Positions 1-8,819 of a DNA stretch of 64,000 nucleotides are shown piece by piece (the first letter of the stretch is position 1; each line of letters starts with the position of its first letter). Origin of the DNA: Salinispira sp. GTDB lineage: Bacteria; Spirochaetota; Spirochaetia; DSM-27196; Salinispiraceae. The notes under the pieces were generated by a model, which saw only the letters and a program-made list of their open reading frames with translations, was not told the origin of the DNA and did not search any database. A program made the translations under genes and the position numbers. The stretch covers positions 2,752,001 through 2,816,000 of the forward strand of contig OZ271918.1 in assembly GCA_965602015.1 (NCBI GenBank), in the 5' to 3' direction.

Positions 1-1502
1 TCGGCCCTCAGGGCATCCAGGGGCGAGAACAGAAGAGCTTCGATAAACGCCGCACCGTCATATCCGGCGGCCCGTCGGCGACCGGAAAGCTCATATAGGA
101 GGATGCCGCCGAAACTCTCGGCGGGCATCAATCGGCCACCGGAATACACCGCCAGATCCTCTGTCATAGCTCCAGTCGCGCCGCCGATCAGCACAAAAAG
201 CGCGATACATGCGCAGAACATGAGCAGGATCAAAGCTGATTTCATGACCGGCTTTATCCTATCCGGCAGCACAGCGGCAGCGGTCTGGTGATCAACTCCA
301 CCACCCGGCATCACTGCTGAAGCGCTCCGGCGTTCAGCTCCAGCGGCCGGCATCACTGTTGCTGCAGATGGATTTTGCTTCGCCCCGGACAGTTTGGCTC
401 TCCGCTTTTTCTCCCCCCGCCTTCTTTCACCGCGGCTGAAATAGTGGAACAGAAATCCGAAAAAACTGATTCCCGTTCCTATGTAGGGCAAGAGAGCGCC
501 TCCGGTCTTTTGAACAGAGAACACAGAAGCTGCAGTGCCGTCATTATTAAACTGATATGAACTCTGATAAAAGACATAGTTCCGATACCTCAGGGGCCGA
601 TTCATAGCGATGCTGCGCCTGATAGCAGGACCGGCGTCGCGAATCTCCACCTGACTCACGAAGGAGCGCGGAATATCCGTGTCGGGAAAGAACTCCGCTT
701 CAAAGTCAAGCAAGCCGATGGTGAAAGGAAGCGGCTCTTCTGCAGGCCGAAGCGCAAGCTCGAGGGTTGCAGGACGGCCGCCCACCGGGATTGTCAAACC
801 GGTCCCGATAGCCGATCCCGCCCAAATATCAACTGCATTAGTTCCGCCGCCGGGAGAAATTAGACGTCCGGAAAGCAGGGGAAGGTTAGAGGCTGCGCTG
901 TCCGCCCAGGGCACCGGGAGGTACATCCCGGGAGCCTCGGCATCAGGACGGGCATTTGCAATGACCTGGTCGATCTCAAGGCGGTATGTTCGGCGGGAAT
1001 CGTCAGCCCCGATTTCCCAGGTATACACAGTGTTTCCCCGATGCGATCCGAGCACAAAGCTTCCCAACACCGCATCCCGATCAGCAATGGGAAGGGCATC
1101 CTCTGGACCCGAAATCCGATACGTCACTTCCCAGCGGTCGCTGTAAAAGATCCTGTCAGCCTGCTGGCCCTCCCAAATACCCAAAACGAAATACTCGGAA
1201 AAGACATCCGAAAAGCCTCCGAACAGCAGAACAACAAGGCCGATGTGGCCGATTATCAAGCCGAACGGCCGTCTGACACCGGGGAACCTTCTGATAATCG
1301 AGAAAAGCATATTGACCAGGAAGAGGGCCAGTATCAGCCCACCGCCGTACCAGGCATAGAATAGCTGCTGCTGAACTTGATAAATGCCAAGACGTATTTG
1401 AAGCAGGGTGCCGGTAAGTACGAGAAAAAATGACGCAACGAGGATAATGAGGGTGAAATTCATGGAACCGATGAAATCAGCTGCCCTACGGGAGAATCGC
1501 AT
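1..1502 (-). CDS. Fused cytochrome c biogenesis system II protein (ResB/CcsB fused to a CcsA-like N-terminus), running off the left edge
   Basis: Absent from the ORF track because it has no stop in the window. Manual translation from ATG 1502 is open to base 1: N-terminal TM helices with 'GHIGL', ResB-type 'LPFTIGLLDFEAEFFPDTDIPRSFVSQV...IAMNRPLRYRNYVFYQSSY', then a TM helix and 'GGRLMPAESF...ELSGR', resembling the start of CcsA-type domains. Confidence 0.75.
   Translation of the reverse strand, partial: MRFSRRAADFIGSMNFTLIILVASFFLVLTGTLLQIRLGIYQVQQQLFYAWYGGGLILALFLVNMLFSIIRRFPGVRRPFGLIIGHIGLVVLLFGGFSDVFSEYFVLGIWEGQQADRIFYSDRWEVTYRISGPEDALPIADRDAVLGSFVLGSHRGNTVYTWEIGADDSRRTYRLEIDQVIANARPDAEAPGMYLPVPWADSAASNLPLLSGRLISPGGGTNAVDIWAGSAIGTGLTIPVGGRPATLELALRPAEEPLPFTIGLLDFEAEFFPDTDIPRSFVSQVEIRDAGPAIRRSIAMNRPLRYRNYVFYQSSYQFNNDGTAASVFSVQKTGGALLPYIGTGISFFGFLFHYFSRGERRRGEKKRRAKLSGAKQNPSAATVMPAAGAERRSASAVMPGGGVDHQTAAAVLPDRIKPVMKSALILLMFCACIALFVLIGGATGAMTEDLAVYSGGRLMPAESFGGILLYELSGRRRAAGYDGAAFIEALLFSPLDALRA
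264..370. repeat. Imperfect 42-bp tandem repeat (~2.5 copies) inside the ResB-CcsA linker
   Basis: Units start at 264, 306 and 348 with CGGCA(G/T)CAC. Confidence 0.65.
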
Positions 1503-1583
1503 ACGCTGCTTATTGTGCTTTTAGGGCTTGTGAGGGTCAAGGGATTTCACTACACGTGAGGCCATCCAGTGTTTACCTTATAG

Positions 1584-1695
1584 AGTGCCCGAAAGCTTGT
1601 TGAAAAACAGATTGTTGTCAGTGAATGGGGCAAGAGGAATGCCGTTAACCAGTTTTTCCCTCTCAGGCAACGGCTTCAACAAGCTTTGGGGTACT
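1584..1695. mobile_element. MITE-like element A (112 bp) with ~21-bp terminal inverted repeats
   Basis: AGTGCCCGAAAGCTTGTTGAA (1584-1604) ... TTCAACAAGCTTTGGGGTACT (1675-1695); same ends as the transposase-bearing element at 5296-8739. Confidence 0.65.
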
Positions 1696-1722
1696 GTATG
1701 TCTCGCATAAGGAGTATGTCAC

Positions 1723-2298
1723 ATGAAAAAAATAGTGGTTGTTTTTATATTGCTTGTCTCAAGCGTGAGTCTACTGGCATCAGGAGGCAATGAAGACGCG
1801 AACGATGCGCTCTCTCAGGAGGAATGGCCCGATCAGATCCAGGGCATACCGATCACCAGGTTTGAGGACGATTTCGAGTATCCGATCCAGTATAGCGAAG
1901 AAGAGTGGAGACAGTTTCTCAGTGATTTCGACTACATTATCCTTCGGGAAAAGGGAACGGAACGGGCCTGGCTGAACAAGTACAACGGAAATAAAGAACG
2001 GGGCACCTATTACTCAAAGGCTACCGGCCAGCCGCTCTTTAGCTCAGAGACAAAATATGATTCGGGAACTGGCTGGCCGAGTTTCTGGGAGCCCATCGAT
2101 TCAAATGCAGTACATCTTATTCCCGATTATTCATATGGCATGATCCGTGTAGAAGTTGTCGATAGCTTAAGCGGCTCGCATTTGGGACATGTGTTCCCCG
2201 ATGGACCGGCACCAACAGGGCTTCGCTATTGCATGAATTCTGCTGCAATGATTTTTGTTCCTGAAGGAGAATCGCCCCCACAAGTAGGACTGAGGTAA
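1723..2298 (+). CDS. msrB: Peptide-methionine (R)-S-oxide reductase MsrB, exported
   Basis: 'KYDSGTGWPSF', 'SHLGHVFPDGP', 'RYCMNS' motifs; N-terminal signal peptide; AAGGAG RBS. Confidence 0.93.
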   Translation: MKKIVVVFILLVSSVSLLASGGNEDANDALSQEEWPDQIQGIPITRFEDDFEYPIQYSEEEWRQFLSDFDYIILREKGTERAWLNKYNGNKERGTYYSKATGQPLFSSETKYDSGTGWPSFWEPIDSNAVHLIPDYSYGMIRVEVVDSLSGSHLGHVFPDGPAPTGLRYCMNSAAMIFVPEGESPPQVGLR

Positions 2299-2354
2299 GG
2301 AATCCCTTGATTTAGCTCCGGCTATGGGCATAGACTCTCAATCAGGAGGAACAC

Positions 2355-3113
2355 ATGCTCATAGCTTTGATTGTTCTTGGGTCCTTAATCGCCCTATTTA
2401 TCATCATCTATTTTATAGAACCCTTTGTTATCGCCCTACTATTTTCGTGGATACTGTCGCTATTCGTGAAAAATCCCCCGTATGTGGATGTGGAAGAAGA
2501 GTTTCCTGAAGGTAAACTGCTCAAAGATAACTGGAAGGTTATCAGGGAAGAGCTTGATGTGGTCTTAAGGAATATTGAGAACATTCCCAAATTCCACGAA
2601 GTTGACAATCTGCAACGCTTTATTTCTGCGAAAGATGATAAAGCATGGAGGACCTTTATTATAAAAGGCTTTAACGAATGGTTGGAGAACAATTGCGAAC
2701 AGGTGCCAAAAACTACTGAACTGATCAAACAGATACCCCGGGTATCCATGGCAATGTTCAGTATTATTGATGGAGGTAAACATATCCCTCCTCATTACGG
2801 CTTTTTCAAATCAGTGTTGCGCTACCACCTGGCAATGATCATCCCCGAGGGCGAATGCTACATACTGGTTGATGGCCAGAAGTACAGTTGGGTTGAGGGA
2901 GATCATGTTCTTTTCGATGATACCTACAAACATGAGGTATGGAACAAAACGGATCAACGACGAGTAGTTCTATTCATCGACGTCCTTCGGGAAAAGGGCT
3001 TGCCAAAATGGATGCAGGCGATCAACCGATGGATGTTTGGGATTCTTCGGAATTCGAAAAAGCTACAAAAAGCAGCAAAAAACGCTGAAGTGGCAAAGGA
3101 CATATCCGCATAG
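2355..3113 (+). CDS. Aspartyl/asparaginyl beta-hydroxylase family Fe(II)/2OG dioxygenase (LpxO/OlsC-like), membrane anchored
   Basis: 'AMFSII..GKHIPPHYG..KSVLRYHL', 'W.EG..VLFDDTYKHEVWN..DQRRVVLFID'; hydrophobic N-terminus; AGGAGG RBS. Confidence 0.88.
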   Translation: MLIALIVLGSLIALFIIIYFIEPFVIALLFSWILSLFVKNPPYVDVEEEFPEGKLLKDNWKVIREELDVVLRNIENIPKFHEVDNLQRFISAKDDKAWRTFIIKGFNEWLENNCEQVPKTTELIKQIPRVSMAMFSIIDGGKHIPPHYGFFKSVLRYHLAMIIPEGECYILVDGQKYSWVEGDHVLFDDTYKHEVWNKTDQRRVVLFIDVLREKGLPKWMQAINRWMFGILRNSKKLQKAAKNAEVAKDISA

Positions 3114-3123
3114 TTATTAACCT

Positions 3124-3223
3124 AGTACCTGGAAGCTTGTTAATACGTACGATTAGCCTACTGAGCACGAGTATGATTCGTCGGCTGGTCCCTTTTTCTT
3201 TTTTCAACAAGCTTTCAGGCACT
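3124..3223. mobile_element. MITE-like element B (100 bp) with terminal inverted repeats
   Basis: AGTACCTGGAAGCTTGTTAA (3124-3143) ... TTCAACAAGCTTTCAGGCACT (3203-3223). Confidence 0.65.
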
Positions 3224-3230
3224 CGAATCA

Positions 3231-3995
3231 TTAGCTTCGATATAGCAACGCATTCGCCGGGCAAATATCAACTTGAATGTCCGCCGGTATTTTATTTTCG
3301 AGAGCCACACTCCATAGAAGGTGATCACCATAACCGTCGCTTGTACCGTTGACCCGATGGCCGTCGTGTTCAAGCCATGGGACGCTGCAGCTATCCGCCA
3401 GGTATCCATGGCTTCCGATGCTCAAACCGAGAGCTTTAACTGCTGCCTCTTTCACCGTCCAAATTGATAAAAACTTCTTCTTGTCCAAAGTGTCAGATTC
3501 GACAATCAACTTTTCGCTTGGGTTAAAATAATACTTCATCACTGCACGGATACTCGAGGGTAGCAATGAGCGTCTCGTGTCCTCGAGATCGACCCCGATA
3601 TGACACTCCGCACTCAGGCCGATAAGCAAAGCATCCGAGCGTGTGCTCATGTTGAAAAACTCGAACTTTTGTCCGTTCATCCTTCGAAGTCGTGGCTTAC
3701 CCAGAGGACCGTTCTCAATTTCATCTCCTATATCTAATGGTTCCATGCCCTGAGAACTAAACCAGCTATCCAGTCCGCTATACAGACATATCCTACGCCG
3801 TAAATAATCCTTAGCATCATCGGTTCTGACATAAGCCTTTGTCGCATCAAAATCAACCGGACGCGGCATGATTACCGGTGATAGGTTTGAAGCGTTCCAA
3901 GGATCAGGAATTAGCTCTGGAATATCAGTGAATAATAAAAGGGCGGGATCTTGAGGACTTTCACTTTGAATAAAAACATCTTCCCTGGCGGACAT
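3231..3995 (-). CDS. Sfp-type 4'-phosphopantetheinyl transferase
   Basis: 'GKP', 'IGVDLE', 'FLSIWTVKEAAVKALGL' motifs. Confidence 0.85.
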   Translation of the reverse strand: MSAREDVFIQSESPQDPALLLFTDIPELIPDPWNASNLSPVIMPRPVDFDATKAYVRTDDAKDYLRRRICLYSGLDSWFSSQGMEPLDIGDEIENGPLGKPRLRRMNGQKFEFFNMSTRSDALLIGLSAECHIGVDLEDTRRSLLPSSIRAVMKYYFNPSEKLIVESDTLDKKKFLSIWTVKEAAVKALGLSIGSHGYLADSCSVPWLEHDGHRVNGTSDGYGDHLLWSVALENKIPADIQVDICPANALLYRS

Positions 3996-4050
3996 AGGTC
4001 ATGTATAGTACTCTATCCGAATCCGAAGTGAAATAGATCTGGAGGCACAA

Positions 4051-5295
4051 GTGGCAGAGCAACGCAGAGTCGTGATTACCGGTTTAGGAACCGTAAACCC
4101 CCTGGGAATGAACGTCAGTGAATTCTGGGATAATCTAGTAAAAGGTAAAAGCGGCGCCCGAGTAGCCCAAAATATGAACTTGGACGACTTCCATGTCCAG
4201 ATTGCTGCGGAAATTGATCTGCCCGATGTTCGGGACTTCTTTAAGCAACGAAAAATGGCACGGAGGCTGGACCGACATATTGTTCTCGGACATATCGCAG
4301 GGGTTCAAGCCGTGAAAGATGCCGGCTTTGAAGAGGCTGATAGGCCTGAGCGGATCGGGGTCCTCATCGGTACCGGCGATGCAGGGTTGATCACCCACTT
4401 TGAGCAAATCGGCCGGATTTACAAGACTGGACTTTCATCGGTCAGCCCCTTCTATATCTCAGCAGCGATCCCTAACTCGACAAGCGCCATGATTAGTATG
4501 GAATTTGGTTTCGGCGGTCCCAGCTTCTCGGTCAGCTCGGCTTGTGCGTCAGCAAATCATGCATTTGGTCTCGCAGTAAATATGATACAAAGCGGCATGA
4601 CTGATGTGATGTTCACCGGAGGAACGGAAGCAGTAGCTACAGAGCCCTCAATCGCCGCATTCGGCCAGATCGGCGCCCTATCAACAAGAAATGACGACCC
4701 CCTTACCGCATCGCGTCCATTTGACATCGACCGTGATGGTTTCGTAATGGGAGAAGGCGCAGGCGTGCTATGTCTCGAAGAACTCGAACATGCGAAAAAA
4801 CGCGGGGCAAAAATATACGGAGAAATTGCAGGATACGGATTTACCAGTGACGCCTACGACCTCGTTGCCCCTCATCCGGATGGAGAAGGCGCATCCCGAG
4901 CGATCACCATGGCCCTCGAGGCGGCCAAGGTCAATGCCGATGAATTAGATTTTATAAATACTCACGGGACCAGTACTCCACTGGGCGACAAAGCCGAATG
5001 CATGGCAGTTAATAAGGCCATCGGAGGCGATTTAGCCTCCACCATACCTGTGCATAGCACCAAAAGCATGACGGGCCATTTGATCGGGGCTGCGAGTGCG
5101 GTCGAAGCAATAGCAGGTATTATGTCGTTTGAACAGGGCGTGATACACCATACGATAAATCAATTCACAAAAGACCCTGAGCTCAATTACAACATAATCA
5201 CAGAACCCCTGGAAAAACGAGCGGAGGTGTTTTTATCGAATGCTTTTGGCTTCGGTGGTCAAAACGCATGCGTAGTATTCAAGCGGCAGCTTTAA
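4051..5295 (+). CDS. fabF: Beta-ketoacyl-ACP synthase II
   Basis: 'RRVVITGLG', catalytic 'SACAS', 'HGTST', 'KSMTGHLIGA', 'NAFGFGG'. Confidence 0.93.
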   Translation: MAEQRRVVITGLGTVNPLGMNVSEFWDNLVKGKSGARVAQNMNLDDFHVQIAAEIDLPDVRDFFKQRKMARRLDRHIVLGHIAGVQAVKDAGFEEADRPERIGVLIGTGDAGLITHFEQIGRIYKTGLSSVSPFYISAAIPNSTSAMISMEFGFGGPSFSVSSACASANHAFGLAVNMIQSGMTDVMFTGGTEAVATEPSIAAFGQIGALSTRNDDPLTASRPFDIDRDGFVMGEGAGVLCLEELEHAKKRGAKIYGEIAGYGFTSDAYDLVAPHPDGEGASRAITMALEAAKVNADELDFINTHGTSTPLGDKAECMAVNKAIGGDLASTIPVHSTKSMTGHLIGAASAVEAIAGIMSFEQGVIHHTINQFTKDPELNYNIITEPLEKRAEVFLSNAFGFGGQNACVVFKRQL

Positions 5296-6358
5296 GGAGT
5301 GCCCCAAAGCTTGTTGAGTTCTTGTTTCAGTCATAAATATACTTTGGGACATAGCGTTTCATTGAAATCCCTGGATTTCTCCATGCCATAAACCAGGTTT
5401 TATTCGCTTGATCATCAAGTTCGATTTTTGATCTAAATACCCGACGCATCATGCCTTTGGATAGATTGTCAAGGATTAACTCCCTATTCGCACCTGCTAT
5501 CTCGGCACGAGTAGTTTGTGTTCCTTTTCGATACTGCCTTACCCGATGAGGGATAATGCAGTTATGAAAAAGCTGGTATACCGTCAATCTGCTCATCATT
5601 GCCGACGGACATCGAGCAAACTGAACCGTCTCGCGCACATGATCAGACAAGTCTTTCCGGAATTGCCGATCACAATAATTCACCGGAAACAAAGGATTTG
5701 AACGAGCTCTAAGCTCTTTTGAAGAGATCCTGGAATGATGCATACATCGAGATAACCCCCTGACCTCATTAAATGCTTCGGGATAGCAGTGGTGTTCATC
5801 TGTATACAATCGCGCTTCGATCTGCTCTTTTTGAGCAATCAGCTTAAGGAGCACATCGAAGAGCATCTTCATTGATCGTTTTGTAGATCTGGAGTCTGCA
5901 ACTGCTGTTTCTTCTAATAATTTCCGCTTCCTTTTCTGTGCTTTTGTCATTTTACCTTTACGTCTGAGTATTGATAATCCAATCGCATATAGATATTCGC
6001 TTTCAGAACCAACCAAGATATTGATATTGTTAGGGAAGAATTGGCTTCGAGAAAAAGATTCAAAGCCATCTGCACAAAAATTCTCCTTCGATTTGAGCAA
6101 GGGTTGAAGAAAACTGAGGATTCCGAGGGCTGAGCGCGATAACCTTTCAATTCGATTTTGAATCACATCAACGCTGACACCCAGCAATCGTGTCAAATCC
6201 CATAGCCCCGAGCAGGTTACCAAGTGATTGTCATCACCGGTGCTAAATTGCAGGAAATCACCGGACTAAAATTGCAGACTCCGGCTTGAAAAAAAGGGCG
6301 ATGCTACCTTGTAATGGTTGTTACCACACAATCATTCAAGTAAGGAGCACGCCCTAAA

Positions 6359-7609
6359 ATGCTGGAGCTACTGATGCATGAAGCACAGATGTTGAAACAA
6401 CAGGGTAAGAGAATCGGTCAGATCGCCGAAGCCCTGGGAAAAAGTGAACGCATGGTTCACTACTACCTTGCAGAGCCTTCAAGGTCTCGAAAGAAGCGGA
6501 ATTACACGAGCAAGCTCGATCCGTTCAAACCCTACATCGACACTATACTCGAGGAAGACCCGTCCTTCAATCGGGAGGTTCTGTTGAGGAACCTGCGAAA
6601 ACAGAAATACGATGGCGGGGTCACAATCCTCAGGGATTATGCTGCCAGGAAGGCTGCAGATATCACAAAACAGGCAGTTATCCGGTTCGAAACCGAACCG
6701 GGCTACCAGGCTCAGGTGGATTGGAAAATCCTGGGAAAACAGCTGGTGGACGGACGGTGGCAGAAACTCTATGCCTTTGTCATGGTATTCGGCTACTCGA
6801 GAATGCCGTTTGTCATTCATACCACGAGCATGGACATGGCCACCTTTCTGATGTGCCACGTATTGGCATTCACATATTTTGGCGGGGTGCCGGAAGAAAT
6901 CCTGTACGACAACATGAAAACCGCCTTTATCTACCAGGCCGCAGAGGAGAAATGGCAGGTCAACAAGCACCTGCTGTCTCTGGCCCGGCACTATGGATTC
7001 ACACCCCGCCGATGCCAGGTCCGCCGGCCTCAGACCAAAGGAAAGGTCGAACGGTTCATCCAGTTCTACGAGAACAACTTCTGGATCGAGCACAAAGCAC
7101 TGCCAGCTGGACTGATTGAGTTAAACGAAGCAGTCATCACCTGGTGCGAGGATATCAGCCACAGAGTCATCGGCGGGCTCAATGAAAGCCGATCAGAACG
7201 CTTTACGCATGAAAAGGCTTTCCTTACCCCCTTACCAACGCAGCCGTTTGATTACCGGAAACCGACCAATGTGCGTGTCTCCGGTGAATCTCTGGTACGG
7301 GTGAGAAACAACTGGTACAGCGTTCACCCGCAATTCATTGGTGCAGAGGTAATTGTACGTATCGATCCGCTCACCGGTGAGGCCGAAGTATCATCAGAGG
7401 ATCAGATCATCCGAACCTTCATGCTTAACCTCGAATTGCGAAATCAACGGTTCTACCTGGCTGAACACTCAGCGGCGCTGACCGAGCTCTGGAAAAGGCA
7501 GTACCGGATACCCAAGAGAAGAAAACGGATAAAGGTTTCTACCGATGTTGATGTCCGCTCACCTGGGGAGTACGACCGCTTGTTTGCACTGCAGGAGGCG
7601 GCCTCATGA
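6359..7609 (+). CDS. istA: IS21 transposase IstA
   Basis: 'RFETEPGYQAQVDW', 'LYDNMK', 'KGKVER' DDE motifs; N-terminal HTH. Confidence 0.96.
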   Translation: MLELLMHEAQMLKQQGKRIGQIAEALGKSERMVHYYLAEPSRSRKKRNYTSKLDPFKPYIDTILEEDPSFNREVLLRNLRKQKYDGGVTILRDYAARKAADITKQAVIRFETEPGYQAQVDWKILGKQLVDGRWQKLYAFVMVFGYSRMPFVIHTTSMDMATFLMCHVLAFTYFGGVPEEILYDNMKTAFIYQAAEEKWQVNKHLLSLARHYGFTPRRCQVRRPQTKGKVERFIQFYENNFWIEHKALPAGLIELNEAVITWCEDISHRVIGGLNESRSERFTHEKAFLTPLPTQPFDYRKPTNVRVSGESLVRVRNNWYSVHPQFIGAEVIVRIDPLTGEAEVSSEDQIIRTFMLNLELRNQRFYLAEHSAALTELWKRQYRIPKRRKRIKVSTDVDVRSPGEYDRLFALQEAAS

Positions 7610-8367
7610 CTAGTAAAAGCACAATGATTACAGCCCGTATGGAAGAGTTGGGTTTGAGCTTCATGGCTGCCGGTCTGGACAGTTTTCTCTCAAGCCAGGT
7701 GAATCAGGATGCGCCTCTGATTGAAGCGATCGGAGAACTCATTGATCTGGAACTGATTCCCCGAAAGGAACGAATGGCCAAAACCCGCTTGAAGGTTTCA
7801 GGAATTCCCCAGGGAAAGAATCTTGAATCCTTTGATCTGTCATGGCCGAAAGGCGGTCTTACACACAAGCAGTTCAACGAACTGTCCACCCTTGCGTTCA
7901 TTGAACGTAAAGAGAATGTCATTCTGCTTGGTCCCAGTGGATTGGGTAAAACGCACCTCATGACAGCGCTTGGACAGAAGGCATGTATGAATGGGTATAC
8001 GGCCTATTTCATCAGCTGTCTTGATTTGCTTGAACGATTACAGCGTTCCCGGGATCAGGGAAGATTGAAAAACAAACTGACCTGGTTTGGCAAACCCCAC
8101 GTTCTGTTGATTGATGAAGTTGGGTATGAAAACCTGAATGCTGAGCAGGCAGCCTTGTTTTTCCAGCTGATCAATACCCGCTATGAGCATGGATCAATCA
8201 TTCTGACCAGCAACAAAGTATTCGGGAAGTGGGGAGAAATCATGACTGATGACGCAGTTGCTACGGCCACTTTGGACCGGCTGCTTCATCACTCCCATGT
8301 GATCAGCCTGAAAGGAGACTCGTATCGGATGAAGGATCGAATGAAAATCGGAGTCGTTGACTTCTAA
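7606..8367 (+). CDS. istB: IS21 helper ATPase IstB
   Basis: Walker A GPSGLGKT, Walker B LLIDEVG, 'ATLDRLLHH..I.LKGDSYR'; ATGA overlap with istA. Confidence 0.96.
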   Translation: MTSKSTMITARMEELGLSFMAAGLDSFLSSQVNQDAPLIEAIGELIDLELIPRKERMAKTRLKVSGIPQGKNLESFDLSWPKGGLTHKQFNELSTLAFIERKENVILLGPSGLGKTHLMTALGQKACMNGYTAYFISCLDLLERLQRSRDQGRLKNKLTWFGKPHVLLIDEVGYENLNAEQAALFFQLINTRYEHGSIILTSNKVFGKWGEIMTDDAVATATLDRLLHHSHVISLKGDSYRMKDRMKIGVVDF

Positions 8368-8819
8368 AAAATTTGCCGGAAGTCTGCAATTTAACTCCGG
8401 TGAAAAACTGCAATTTCATTCCGGCGTTGACAGTGATGGAAGATCATCAGATAGTCGACCTTCTTTTTTGCATAATAATCAATATTAAAACTCTTACTGG
8501 AAAAAGTTCGTCCACAACCTTTGCAACGAACACGAGAAATCTTTCCATCAATTTCTGTCCAATATGCGCCATGAGAACTCAACCATGAGCCTGTGCTAGG
8601 AGGTGAGCAAAAGAAGGTACACTTTGGATTCGGGCAGTGTGGCAACTTGCTCATTATCATCTCCTTGGCGCTATCTCATATATTAGAAACACCACCTGGT
8701 TATTGGCTTTGCTTCATTTAACAAGCTTTGGGGTACTCCAATTGATTTACCACTCCGACTGAATTAAGATTTAACTGAACCAGGCAGAAACAACCAAACA
8801 GAAGGAAGCCACCCAGGCC

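Larger units (their letters stand above)
6229..8432 (+). mobile_element. Complete IS21-family insertion sequence (2204 bp) with 5-bp target duplication GTGAT
   Basis: Ends TGTCATCACCGG... and ...CCGGCGTTGACA with repeated CCGG..AAATTGCAG motifs; GTGAT at 6224-6228 and 8433-8437; istA-istB inside. Confidence 0.95.
5327..8660 (-). pseudogene. IS1-like transposase (Zn ribbon + HTH + DDE-like core), interrupted by IS21
   Basis: Removing 6229-8432 and one GTGAT copy joins 8660-8433 (76 aa; CPNPKC...RVRCKGCGRTFS) in frame to 6223-5327 (298 aa; HTH, 'ADGFESF', 'YTDEH..Y', 'VNYCDRQFRKDLSDHVRETVQFAR'), giving 374 aa. Confidence 0.7.
5296..8739 (-). mobile_element. Putative IS1-like insertion element (~1.24 kb once the nested IS21 is removed) bounded by 22-bp inverted repeats
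   Basis: GGAGTGCCCCAAAGCTTGTTGA (5296-5317) ... TTAACAAGCTTTGGGGTACTCC (8718-8739) closely flank a single transposase-like gene. Confidence 0.6.

Noticed and set aside
8373..8588. 71-aa + ORF and the C-terminal 13 aa of the 8391-8660 ORF
   Set aside because: Artefacts of reading across the IS21 right end.
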